From a bacterium (GTDB taxonomy: Bacteria > Zhuqueibacterota > Zhuqueibacteria > Residuimicrobiales > Krinioviventaceae): a DNA stretch of 64,000 bases. The stretch is from positions 3,584,001 through 3,648,000 of the forward strand of contig OY843751.1 in NCBI GenBank assembly GCA_963693055.1, read 5' to 3'. A program made the translations under genes and the position numbers. Below, in pieces: positions 1 through 9,520 of this stretch. The notes under the pieces were generated by a model that was not told the origin of the DNA, made no database searches, and saw only the letters and a list, made by a program, of their open reading frames with translations. How positions within the stretch are numbered: the first letter of the stretch is position 1; each line of letters begins with the position of its first letter.

Positions 1-363
1 TGTCACCACAGTCAGATTTTTATGATCAACAAGACATTTGGCAACCTCTGTAGTTGTAGTGCCAGAATCCAGGATGATCGTATCTCCATCATCAATAAAC
101 TCGGACGCTTTTCTGCCAATGCGCGCTTTTTTATCCATATTTTCGTTATGCTGAAAAGAAAACGATTGTACCTGGCTGGGCAGACTTTTTAAAAAAGCAC
201 CGCCATGTTCGCGCATAATCAATCCATCATCTTCCAACCTTGCCAGATCCTGCCGAATGGTTACCTCTGAAATGCGAAAAATCCTGCTCAAATCAGAAAC
301 CTTGGCGTTACCATCTTCTTTAATCAGATCAAGTATTCGTTGTCGTCGTTGTGAAGCAAGCAT
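1..363 (-). CDS. DeoR/GlpR-family transcriptional regulator (3' end runs off window)
   Basis: Not in the ORF track. Manual translation from ATG at 363 gives MLASQRRQRILDLIKEDGNAKVSDLSRIFRISEVTIRQDLARLEDDGLIMREHGGA...KKARIGRKASEFIDDGDTIILDSGTTTTEVAK, with the DeoR HTH (SEVTIRQDL, HGGA) and the DeoRC DSGTT motif. Confidence 0.95.
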   Translation of the reverse strand, partial: MLASQRRQRILDLIKEDGNAKVSDLSRIFRISEVTIRQDLARLEDDGLIMREHGGAFLKSLPSQVQSFSFQHNENMDKKARIGRKASEFIDDGDTIILDSGTTTTEVAKCLVDHKNLTVVT

Positions 364-439
364 AGATAAACCTGATGTTACATATAATATCTCATTTGCC
401 TATTATACTCATAAATACATCAAAAATCAACAAAAATAA

Positions 440-484
440 AAAATAATCGAAAGCAAATGAAAGGTTTTTGCTTTCGATTATTTT
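440..484 (-). terminator. Intrinsic terminator of the long CAZyme operon
   Basis: 18-bp inverted repeat AAAATAATCGAAAGCAAA (440-457) / TTTGCTTTCGATTATTTT (467-484) right after the PL11 stop, followed by T-rich sequence on the minus strand. Confidence 0.7.
449..475. promoter_or_regulatory. Putative DeoR (AgaR-type) operator: CTTTC-N5-CTTTC direct repeat plus an inverted copy
   Basis: GAAAG(449-453)-caaat-GAAAG(459-463) and CTTTC(471-475), ~90-110 bp upstream of the DeoR gene start. Confidence 0.5.
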
Positions 485-485
485 A

Positions 486-2339
486 TCATTCACCAAGATA
501 ATAGCTTATCATGGGTGAATGAGAATAACCCATAGACCGGTGTGTTACATCATTGCGGTAAAGTGGGTCCTGCATGAGACAGACGCGTCTGTCTTCTGCC
601 GGAATCGTTGTTTGATAAATCCGCAATTCTCCATCTGTAAACGTAACAATCTCTTCACGCCAGTCACCGGCAATATCAGCGATCAATTGAACACCACGTC
701 CCAAATCTTGCAGATAGGTTTCCCCCTGCCATTTGGAAACCGTGCCTCTGAATAAAATCTCTCTCAATTTATCACCATCCCACCAGACAAGGAAATCCTG
801 CGGAGGGGCTTCCTGATCAATTCTTTTACCATCAGCCGTAAAATAAAAACGCTCGCCAGCAACTTCCATACCCGGAAACGCAGGATCAATATCACCGACT
901 ATAGCACGACTCATTTCATTATCATTTGTTGCCTCTCTTACTCCAAACAACAGATCACCGGTTTTCGCGTCACGGAGATTTGCACCCAATTGTGGATGGG
1001 GTTCTTCAATAATATACCAGACCTCCAGCCCGGGATGTTCAGGATTAATATCCGACAAGTAAAAGCGGTCTCCATGCCCCAGTCCGGTGCACCACATGGT
1101 TTTTCCGGTATTGTCGATTGCAATGGATCCATTCAAAATCTCATCACATCCATCACCATCTATGTCTCCGGTTTTGATACTGTGTTGTCCCTGCCCCTGG
1201 TACATAAGAGGAGCGCGTTCATTGGTCCAGCGCCAAATCTTTCTCAGCTTTTTATTTTCAAATGCCCAGGCATCTATTTTCATCATACCATAAATACCGC
1301 GAACAACCAATACACTTGGAGTTTTACCATCAAGATAAGCAACTCCCAGCATGTGCCGCAAAGAACGGTTACCAGAGTTATCGCCCCAGTCCTGTACCTT
1401 TCCGCGTTCAATCCAGTCTACTTTGTCCAGCTCTTTACCGGTCTCACCATCATAAATCGATAGATATTCCGGACCGTCGATAACAAAGCCTTCCCCCCCG
1501 TCAATGGCCTCTTTTTGTGTGGCTGCATAAGGTGCGGTTTTTACACAAACTTCGGCTTTATTGTCACCATCCAGATCGCGTACAACCATGGGTGAAAACC
1601 AAATGCCCTGGTTGATATTCCAACCCAGATCAATGCGCCACATAAACTTGCCGCTTTTGCCGTCATAGGCATCAATCTTGTAAGAATCCTTGCTGGGACG
1701 TACCCGACCAGGATCAACACTCTGCCTTGGATGTTTAACCACAAAATCGTAAACACCATCTCCATTTAAATCACCTACAGCAATTCGGTCAACACCTTCC
1801 ACATCTTTTAAGGGGATAGAACGATATTGTGGATTGCTTTTAGCGGGATCAACAGTTACCTCTGCAAGTTTTTGGCTGGTCTTGCTGTCTTTTAAAACAT
1901 ATATGGTTTTGCCATCAACTTTGGATTTATCGATAAAATCAGTGGTCAAAGAAATGGGACTGTCATTCAATTGCTTTTCTTTTTTCTTTTTATCCATTCG
2001 AAAAATATTTAAAGCAATGTCATTATCATCAGAGGATAACAACCTCCACGACAAATACACATTACCGTCTGTCAGGACTGTACCTGTCAAACCGCGATCA
2101 ATCAGTTCTTCAATTCGCTGTTCAGCCCAACCCAATTTCGCATCAGGGTTATAAAGCGGATCAATTGCATAAAAATTGAGATTGGGTGGTATCTCTTCCG
2201 GTGTTATTTCACGCAAAGTATTGTCGTTATTTTCAGGCGGACGCGTAGATACCTGCCTGGGTGTATATTGCTCCTGTGCTATGCTATATGTAAAACAAAT
2301 AACAATCCAAATCAAAGTGCTAAAAACGATTCTTTTCAT
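486..2339 (-). CDS. Rhamnogalacturonan lyase, PL11 (YesW/YesX-like), secreted
   Basis: Motifs DRGL..VYLSWRLL, GDLNGDGVYDFVVK, WRIDLGWNI, GQGQH, GLGHGD, DIAGDWREE and LMQDPLYRND. Likely start MKRIVFSTL at 2339 with a signal peptide; the track ORF extends to 2387. Confidence 0.88.
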   Translation of the reverse strand: MKRIVFSTLIWIVICFTYSIAQEQYTPRQVSTRPPENNDNTLREITPEEIPPNLNFYAIDPLYNPDAKLGWAEQRIEELIDRGLTGTVLTDGNVYLSWRLLSSDDNDIALNIFRMDKKKKEKQLNDSPISLTTDFIDKSKVDGKTIYVLKDSKTSQKLAEVTVDPAKSNPQYRSIPLKDVEGVDRIAVGDLNGDGVYDFVVKHPRQSVDPGRVRPSKDSYKIDAYDGKSGKFMWRIDLGWNINQGIWFSPMVVRDLDGDNKAEVCVKTAPYAATQKEAIDGGEGFVIDGPEYLSIYDGETGKELDKVDWIERGKVQDWGDNSGNRSLRHMLGVAYLDGKTPSVLVVRGIYGMMKIDAWAFENKKLRKIWRWTNERAPLMYQGQGQHSIKTGDIDGDGCDEILNGSIAIDNTGKTMWCTGLGHGDRFYLSDINPEHPGLEVWYIIEEPHPQLGANLRDAKTGDLLFGVREATNDNEMSRAIVGDIDPAFPGMEVAGERFYFTADGKRIDQEAPPQDFLVWWDGDKLREILFRGTVSKWQGETYLQDLGRGVQLIADIAGDWREEIVTFTDGELRIYQTTIPAEDRRVCLMQDPLYRNDVTHRSMGYSHSPMISYYLGE

Positions 2340-2376
2340 TTCTATTTCCTCTCTGATTTTGAATAACAATCCGGTT

Positions 2377-4428
2377 CTATTGCTCAATTACCACCATTGA
2401 ATATAAACGGGTTTCGGGCACAGTAAATGTAATTTTCCCATTCTCTTCCACATATTCCAGATTTACAGGATCATCCAAATCCGGAGTAAAGTATTTGACT
2501 GATTTAATCTTGCCATCATATTGTTTTTGAATTGTGGTTGCAAATGCGGGTTCAGGTTGTTCGTTAAAGTTGATAAAATGTGCCAGTGTTTCACGGGATT
2601 CATCCCGGTTGAGCAGCTCCATAACTGTCGTGAGAGAAGCATCGCACGCTAATGCAATTTCGTTAGGAATATTAGATACCAGGGTTTGATAAATCTCGCG
2701 ATGATTTGCCGGCAAAACCCATTGCGGTGGTGACATTTTTTCACCTCTACGCAATGTTGCGCCCGGTTCAGGATCATCAACCGTAAAATCTACTTGTTTT
2801 TTCTCTTTTTTACCCGGTATAATCTCGGGTATATAAACAATCTTGCCCTTGCCTTCTTTTCTTGCAGGTAATAAAGGATTTGTATGTCTCTTTTCGCGCC
2901 ATCCGTTGTACTCGGCAGTATTACCGGCTATGACCAATATACCACCATTGCGAACATAATTAAGCAGCAATTCAACCTGCTCGTTCGAAACACATTCCTG
3001 TCCCGCCAGTACAATTGCCTTATACTGATCAGCACGATCAAGCTGTTCTTCAAACAGCAGATCAAAAGGCACTTTATGCTGAATCAGGATTTGTTCCATA
3101 AGGGTGGCCGGTTCATATGTAGCGTTAATACTATATGCCATTGAAGCCCAGTTACGGAGCACAGCAACATCTGCAACATTATCGGTTAATGTGTAAAACC
3201 GATCATTATACTCTCTAAAGAATTCCAGTTCAGGCGTAAAGGCATTAAACGCTCCGGAACCAAAAGGTGCGCCAACGGCTCCCGGAATCTGTTTCTGATG
3301 TCCGAATGCCATGTGCAAAACTGCTTCAAGGGGTTTGCGACATGAATTTTCACATCCGGTATTTAAACGTCTGGCTATCTTGTACGAACGGATCTGCGAG
3401 ATCAACGCACCGGTATTCTCATCGATATGTGCATCATAGCCGCCGGTATCAAAAGCCAGCAAATCTATATGGTCTTTAAAAAAGGGTTGATATACCGCAT
3501 TGGTCCAGTACCGGTTAAAACTGTAAACACCTTTGATATTGAAAAGCACAACAACATTGGGGTTCTGGCTCTTTACATATTCATAAAGATCATTGCAATG
3601 ATTGGCAAGCGACTTGCATCGAAAACGCACCCACTCTTGCAGAACCGGGTCATTTAACTCGCGTATACCATCCGGTTGGGTTTCGGATGACCATTCATTA
3701 ACACGTACCCATTCAGGGTCCGGAAGACCAAAACGGCGCATCATGGCTTCTTTTGTGGGATATTCCTCTCGGAGATAATCGCGAAACGCTTTCATACAAC
3801 GGGAACAACGACAGGATTTGGGCTCCGCCTGCAGCATGATATTATCAAAAGCAATCTCGTCCGCGTGCAGATCATTTATACCAATATCCAGTATACGTTT
3901 AACATAATCCCGATATGCCGGTTCGTTGGGACATGCATAATGCCGAAAAGTCTGCAATCCATAAGGAACCCATTGGTCGTTCTGGTCTCGCTGTTCCCAG
4001 TTCACAGCTTGGGGCACTTCACGATACAGCGTTTCAGTAAACATGGTACCTGCCATATAGATACTGACTTTCATACCATGCTTGTGCATAATGTCCGCTG
4101 TCGCAATAGCCTTTTTGATATTTGGCATTTCATATTCCAAACCAAAGCCTTTGTAGAAAAATATTCTTCCCCATTTAACTCCGGCTTTTGCCATATTGGC
4201 AATATTTTCGGGGGAGCACATGTCGCTATAACGTTGGGGTTCGTTATCAAAATGTCCTCCTCGCCGCATCAGGAATTCTATAGGTTCATGCGTTAACCAG
4301 GTAATATCTTTAGCTTGTTCCTGGTGTAGTTCTGCTCGTTTTTGCCATTTGGTTTTTGAATCATTATCAACAGCAAAAAGCTGTAATGAAAATAAAATCA
4401 CACAACATAAAATGATTTGCTTTTTCAT
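2377..4428 (-). CDS. Uncharacterised secreted glycoside-hydrolase-like protein (TIM barrel + GH42-type trimerisation domain; GHL6-like)
   Basis: Signal peptide, CPNEPAY, FDN, CRCSRC cysteine cluster, and a C-terminal 'LIQHKVPFDLL...LLNYVRNGGILV' class-I GATase-like domain. Confidence 0.6.
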   Translation of the reverse strand: MKKQIILCCVILFSLQLFAVDNDSKTKWQKRAELHQEQAKDITWLTHEPIEFLMRRGGHFDNEPQRYSDMCSPENIANMAKAGVKWGRIFFYKGFGLEYEMPNIKKAIATADIMHKHGMKVSIYMAGTMFTETLYREVPQAVNWEQRDQNDQWVPYGLQTFRHYACPNEPAYRDYVKRILDIGINDLHADEIAFDNIMLQAEPKSCRCSRCMKAFRDYLREEYPTKEAMMRRFGLPDPEWVRVNEWSSETQPDGIRELNDPVLQEWVRFRCKSLANHCNDLYEYVKSQNPNVVVLFNIKGVYSFNRYWTNAVYQPFFKDHIDLLAFDTGGYDAHIDENTGALISQIRSYKIARRLNTGCENSCRKPLEAVLHMAFGHQKQIPGAVGAPFGSGAFNAFTPELEFFREYNDRFYTLTDNVADVAVLRNWASMAYSINATYEPATLMEQILIQHKVPFDLLFEEQLDRADQYKAIVLAGQECVSNEQVELLLNYVRNGGILVIAGNTAEYNGWREKRHTNPLLPARKEGKGKIVYIPEIIPGKKEKKQVDFTVDDPEPGATLRRGEKMSPPQWVLPANHREIYQTLVSNIPNEIALACDASLTTVMELLNRDESRETLAHFINFNEQPEPAFATTIQKQYDGKIKSVKYFTPDLDDPVNLEYVEENGKITFTVPETRLYSMVVIEQ

Positions 4429-4443
4429 CTCGTTTTATCCTTG

Positions 4444-6723
4444 TCAGTTATTAAGCAATTCCTGCAATATCATGGTGCTGTTCATATCTTTTATAGTCAG
4501 GTTTTTCTTGTTTCCGGCAGCATTCCATGCATTTTGAATATATTTCAGTTCTTTTTTATTCAAAGTAGTATCAATTTCACGTTTGGCATTGACCATATTG
4601 GTCAATACTACCCGTTTCGGTGCCAGTGATGCCAATAGTTGCGGTGTATCATAATATGCCAGCACATTATGAATGAACAAAAACGGACTTGCAGCACCAT
4701 AAGGTTTTAGTGCCAGCTCTTTAAAGGAACTCACCATATGGTCCAGCACTATATTTTCAATATTTTCATTCAATACTGCCGCATGCAGGGCCAGCATGGC
4801 ACCGTCTCCATAGCCATAAATATCCAATGCTTTCCCTTGCATATCCACACGAGATTCCAGATATGCTATTCCGGTCATTAAATCGTGTAACCGCATACCA
4901 AACAATGGTTTCTGCATTTCGTATGCAAAGGCGTTAAAATCTGCTTCATTGTCCTCTCGGCCGTAAATGATCTGATATCCCTTGAATACCGGGCCATCGT
5001 CACGGTTCTTTTGCTCAGGATGCGGATCAGCAAATTCATTATAACCCCGCAAATCCAGTGCAAAGACACGACAGCCGGATTTTGCAAGTTGTTTTATAGT
5101 CTCTATACCATTAGCTTTGCCACGTTCATGTACGTACACAACCGTGCGACCGGTTTCCCGATCAAAAGAATCCGGGGTCAGCATCATGCCAGGCATCCAC
5201 AGACCCCGTTCGGAGTGAAGTAAAATTCTTTCGAGTTTAAAGTCGTCACCACTAGATGTATTAACAATACGAGACTCTACATATGATGTCATGGAATCTA
5301 GCTTTAAAACGGTTTTAATTTTATCTGATATAGATTTTCGCAATGTATCGATATCCGATCTTGATTTTATTTCAGTAAAAGATGGGGAAATATCCTGAAC
5401 ATATTTTTCATTCAAGGTCAGTAACGATTCACTTCCCAATTCTTCAACAGAACCGGATTGGGTTACATTAATATCTTTAGCACCTCTAACCTCTACCGGT
5501 ATTTCCACATTATTTTCTTCCAGTTTATAAAATTTCTGGCTCAACCAGTGATACATGGTCTCACGGGACTCTCGGTTATAATTATGCGGTGCACCAATAA
5601 GATGATATGCAACAGTACGCTCTCTATCATCACCATACACACGGGTAAATACACCATTGATCTCGTTATACATATCTACCGAGGTATTTAAAATATCTTT
5701 ATCTCCGGTTGCATTGATAAGCAGCATATCCTTAACATTCTTCATCATGAGCAAATCAGACAACTCGAAGCCATATTTAATACGTCCGGGAATATTTTGT
5801 TCACCATCCAGATTCCCTTTGCCGGAATGCGGTACTGTTCCATAATGCCAATTGGCACATACGGGAATAACAGCGGTAATTCGGGGATCGGCGCCTGCAA
5901 CATATTGTGTTTGAGAGCCACCTCCCGATGCGCCGGTCACGGCAATCCGGGTTGTGTCTGCATTGTCAAAACCGCACAACACATCAATTCCACGGATACA
6001 GTCCCAAATAAAGTAATTCGTCAAATTATGTCCGGTGAGATGGAGCTGCAGGTTCAATGCAATATGCTGATGTGTTGCCTGCCCCATATCAGATTCCATT
6101 TCAGAATCGGGATTAAATAAAATCTTGCGTTCACCCTGTCCAAAGGGATCAAAGGCAAGAACAATATAGCCCAAACGTGCCAGCATGGAACAGCGCTGCT
6201 GCATATGGATAGCGCCTTTACCATCAATTTTGCCTTTACCTCCCCACCAGTGTCCGGTTGTACACAACATAAGCGGATAAGGAGCGGCATGGGTTTTTGG
6301 CACATACAGATTGGCTGTCACCAGGTAACCCGGTAAACTCTCGTATGTAATTCGTGACAAGTCATAATCCCCACAATCCACAGTGCCATAATATTTAACA
6401 TTTAATGGTGATTTTTCGGGAAAAGGTCCCACACACTCTGTATAGATATTACGCATCTTTTCACGGTATCGATCAAATTCGGAAGCATCCTGAACCGCAT
6501 CAAGCTCGATTCTTCGTTTGGCAAAGGAGGCATCCGCAATTTCTCCAAAATAATCCAGTAACTGCTGGTTTGGATCAGCTACATCCATACCGGGATGAAT
6601 AACTGTTATATCTTTTACCTGCAAGCCTGACAGGTCAACTGCATACCCCATAGAAACAGTAAATAAAAGGACAAAAAATAGTATGGGTACATTTAGCCAG
6701 AATTTATGTAAATTCTTTTCCAC
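4444..6723 (-). CDS. Secreted two-domain alpha/beta-hydrolase carbohydrate esterase (AXE1/Abhydrolase_7-like; candidate CE19-type pectin methylesterase)
   Basis: YESLPGYLVTANLYVP, GH, DPFGQGER, nucleophile elbow TGASGGG and PHNY His; the second domain has a degenerate elbow (YGYGDGA). Confidence 0.75.
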   Translation of the reverse strand: MEKNLHKFWLNVPILFFVLLFTVSMGYAVDLSGLQVKDITVIHPGMDVADPNQQLLDYFGEIADASFAKRRIELDAVQDASEFDRYREKMRNIYTECVGPFPEKSPLNVKYYGTVDCGDYDLSRITYESLPGYLVTANLYVPKTHAAPYPLMLCTTGHWWGGKGKIDGKGAIHMQQRCSMLARLGYIVLAFDPFGQGERKILFNPDSEMESDMGQATHQHIALNLQLHLTGHNLTNYFIWDCIRGIDVLCGFDNADTTRIAVTGASGGGSQTQYVAGADPRITAVIPVCANWHYGTVPHSGKGNLDGEQNIPGRIKYGFELSDLLMMKNVKDMLLINATGDKDILNTSVDMYNEINGVFTRVYGDDRERTVAYHLIGAPHNYNRESRETMYHWLSQKFYKLEENNVEIPVEVRGAKDINVTQSGSVEELGSESLLTLNEKYVQDISPSFTEIKSRSDIDTLRKSISDKIKTVLKLDSMTSYVESRIVNTSSGDDFKLERILLHSERGLWMPGMMLTPDSFDRETGRTVVYVHERGKANGIETIKQLAKSGCRVFALDLRGYNEFADPHPEQKNRDDGPVFKGYQIIYGREDNEADFNAFAYEMQKPLFGMRLHDLMTGIAYLESRVDMQGKALDIYGYGDGAMLALHAAVLNENIENIVLDHMVSSFKELALKPYGAASPFLFIHNVLAYYDTPQLLASLAPKRVVLTNMVNAKREIDTTLNKKELKYIQNAWNAAGNKKNLTIKDMNSTMILQELLNN

Positions 6724-6737
6724 AATTCACCTCTAAT

Positions 6738-8291
6738 TTAATGCTTCAATTTCTTCCAACCTTTGATAGTCAGATTGTCATCAAGCTTTGATGATTTGAA
6801 CAAGAAACTGCTAAAATAACCAACGGCCATCAAAACCAGATGACTGTAAACACCCAGCATATACTTGTGCTGTGAAAAATTAAATTTGCCCAAATCCAAT
6901 AAAATCCTGGGTTCGTCTCCAATGGGGAACTTTGTTGAAGTCAACACGGCCCAACCGGTAAAGAGTATGCAGGCAATAATTCCAATATTTGCTCCCTGAC
7001 GGTTTGCCCGTTTGCTGAACAAACCCAGAATAAACAAACCTGCAATCCCTCCGGAAAAAATAGCATACAAGGTAAAAACAATACCCAAAACACCGGTATC
7101 ACCCGCTTTGACATACAGCGTAGCGACAATCATAGCTGCCAAACCAGACAATAATACCACAGTTCTCCCTATGACCATTTGCTGTTTTTCCGTACAATTG
7201 GGATTAAACCGTTTATAATAATCCTCAACACCTATGGCAGCAAGACAGTTGAGATCAGAATCCAAACTCGATATAGCTGCGGCTACCAACGCGGCAAGGA
7301 TCAGCCCGATAACACCCACAGGAAGTTCTGACATGATAAAAATCGGGAAAACCGCATCAGGACGAATATCCGCTGGTAAAACACCACTATTGATCTGATA
7401 AAAAGAATACAAGGCCGTACCAATAAACATAAAAATAGCCCAAACAGGTACGCTAAGGAACACACCCATCAAAGCAGCTTTAATTGCACCTTTTTCGGAA
7501 CGTGCAGTGAGATAACGTTGGACTATGGTTTGATCTGTTCCATATTTCTGAATCGCGTAAAATACACCATTCAGTACCATTACAACAAAAGTCAGTTTTT
7601 TAAAATCCCAATCAAAGGGGCCAAAACCCATTTTGTGGTTATCCATAGCAATTCTTATAACCTCAGCCGGGCCTCCCTCGGGTATAAAAAGTAGAAAAGC
7701 CATACAAAGCAACCCGCCACCGATGAGCATAAATCCCTGAAAAACATCCAACCAGATAACCGCTTCTATACCGCCGAGCAACGTAAGCACAACCACTGAT
7801 ACACCCAGCACCCAGATGATCATATAGGTACTGACGCCCATAATGTTGGAAAGCGCAAGGGCAAGCAAAAAGAAAACCGTACCCATTTTAGAAAAATGTG
7901 CCAGTATAAATGCCAGCGAGCTGTATAAACGCGCCATAAATCCGAATCTTTTTTCAAAATATTCATAAGCGCTTATACCGATAACCTGACGATACAAGGG
8001 TACAATAAATTTCACCAATGCAACCAATACAATGGGTACCATTAATCCCTGGACGAGACGTATCCAGTTTGACGCATAGCCTTCTCCGGGATATGCCAGA
8101 AAAGTCACACTACTGATCAAAGTAGCCAGTATTGACATACCCACAGCCCATGAAGGAATCGATCCGCTGGCCGCAAAATACTTTTTGGTATTATTTTGAC
8201 CACGCGAGAAAAACGCCCCAAGGCCCAATGCAATCAAGAGTGATACAAAAATGATGATATAGTCAATAATATGCAAAGCAGGTTGGTCCAT
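6738..8291 (-). CDS. Sodium:solute symporter (SSS/SLC5, SiaT-like); candidate Dha transporter
   Basis: Many TM helices; WAVGMSILATLISSVTFLAYPG, GGIEAVIWLD, DQTIVQRYL and AAAISSLDSDLN motifs. Confidence 0.92.
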   Translation of the reverse strand: MDQPALHIIDYIIIFVSLLIALGLGAFFSRGQNNTKKYFAASGSIPSWAVGMSILATLISSVTFLAYPGEGYASNWIRLVQGLMVPIVLVALVKFIVPLYRQVIGISAYEYFEKRFGFMARLYSSLAFILAHFSKMGTVFFLLALALSNIMGVSTYMIIWVLGVSVVVLTLLGGIEAVIWLDVFQGFMLIGGGLLCMAFLLFIPEGGPAEVIRIAMDNHKMGFGPFDWDFKKLTFVVMVLNGVFYAIQKYGTDQTIVQRYLTARSEKGAIKAALMGVFLSVPVWAIFMFIGTALYSFYQINSGVLPADIRPDAVFPIFIMSELPVGVIGLILAALVAAAISSLDSDLNCLAAIGVEDYYKRFNPNCTEKQQMVIGRTVVLLSGLAAMIVATLYVKAGDTGVLGIVFTLYAIFSGGIAGLFILGLFSKRANRQGANIGIIACILFTGWAVLTSTKFPIGDEPRILLDLGKFNFSQHKYMLGVYSHLVLMAVGYFSSFLFKSSKLDDNLTIKGWKKLKH

Positions 8292-8321
8292 TAACAGCTC
8301 CTATAAAAGTAAAAACGGATA

Positions 8322-9467
8322 CTAGATAAAATCAGGCCATTTATAACTACCCGGCTTGACGGTTAAATTTATTTCCGGGTGGCAGGCAACGTTCATTCGA
8401 ACTACACCGGGCCCAAGCTCTTGAATTGGAATAAATCTTTGCCATCCCATATGTCTTACAATTGCAGATGCAGTTGATCCGCCTTCAATAAACAATTCAT
8501 TTACTTTAAACTGGACAAGAATTTTAGCTACAATTACAGTAACAAGCTCTAATAACCTTTCAGTCAAGTTTTCAATAGGCGGAAGACTCTGACTGACTGC
8601 AATTACCAATTTTTCACATCCGTATATTTCTTTTAATATATTGTTTACCCATTCATCAATAGATTTTTCTTTATTCTTTTCAAGTTCTAAAAACGATGCG
8701 GGAATCTCTCCCAGAATGAATTGTTTCTGCCCAAACATCTTTATCGAGTTTACTCTATTCGGTGAATTACTACCGCAAACACAAAGAACATTTTTTGAAA
8801 AATCTGGTAAAGATTCAAGCTCAATTTCCTGACGCTCAAATTGAGAACCAAGCAAAGCATCAAAATAATCAGAACTACCAGCAGGCAGTGTATTCGCTGG
8901 ATTGATATTTGTCCAGAATTTCATTTCCATGCTATTATTGCATTCACCAATAACAATTCCAGCCTCAGGGACTCCCTGATCTACAGAACGATATTCTATC
9001 AGCATTTCGTCGGATTCATTGAATCGTTTTAAAACATCAGATACTGTAACGGGAAAATCAATATCATGTGCAAATTCAGTTTCATCTAGAGGTACACCAT
9101 GTATATAATAATGCCCACCATCAATAACCCGACCGGCAGATGGATTTGCGGGCACAAGTAAAGCTAATGGTATATGTAATTGATTCATCATTTCTTTTAT
9201 CTCTGGCAACAAATGTCCCCGAAGAACGGAATCAATCTTTTTATAAATCCACTCCGGAGAAAGATTTTTCAATATTGTTGCTATTTCAGCAATCTTTTCA
9301 ACTGCACTTTTTTCAGTAGATGACCGGGTATTAGAATCGATTATAAGCAAATCTGACTCGCAACTGGAAATGGGCTTTGTACATATTTCAACACGTTTAC
9401 CATAACGAAGCGCGATTCCTCCCATTTCAGCACTACCCGAAAAATCATCAGCTACTACTGCTATCAT
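8322..9467 (-). CDS. Four-carbon acid sugar kinase (DUF1537 family, DtnK/DenK-like)
   Basis: N-terminal VVADDFSG, DSNTRS, YKKIDSVLRG, PANPSAGR, EGGSTA and TVKPGSY. Confidence 0.9.
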   Translation of the reverse strand: MIAVVADDFSGSAEMGGIALRYGKRVEICTKPISSCESDLLIIDSNTRSSTEKSAVEKIAEIATILKNLSPEWIYKKIDSVLRGHLLPEIKEMMNQLHIPLALLVPANPSAGRVIDGGHYYIHGVPLDETEFAHDIDFPVTVSDVLKRFNESDEMLIEYRSVDQGVPEAGIVIGECNNSMEMKFWTNINPANTLPAGSSDYFDALLGSQFERQEIELESLPDFSKNVLCVCGSNSPNRVNSIKMFGQKQFILGEIPASFLELEKNKEKSIDEWVNNILKEIYGCEKLVIAVSQSLPPIENLTERLLELVTVIVAKILVQFKVNELFIEGGSTASAIVRHMGWQRFIPIQELGPGVVRMNVACHPEINLTVKPGSYKWPDFI

Positions 9468-9520
9468 TTAAAACTCCTTGTCAACATCGCCCTGCTGAAT
9501 TCTTTTACCACTTTCATATT

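Noticed and set aside
257-439. 60-aa plus-strand ORF
   Set aside because: Antisense shadow of the DeoR gene, which has clear family motifs on the minus strand.
8322-9467. Kinase as the 3-oxo-isoapionate kinase of apionate catabolism
   Set aside because: Tempting given the apiosidases, but that route needs apionate oxidoisomerase plus a RuBisCO-like protein or transketolase-type partner, none seen here. The PdxA2 pairing points to tetronates. Not fully excluded.
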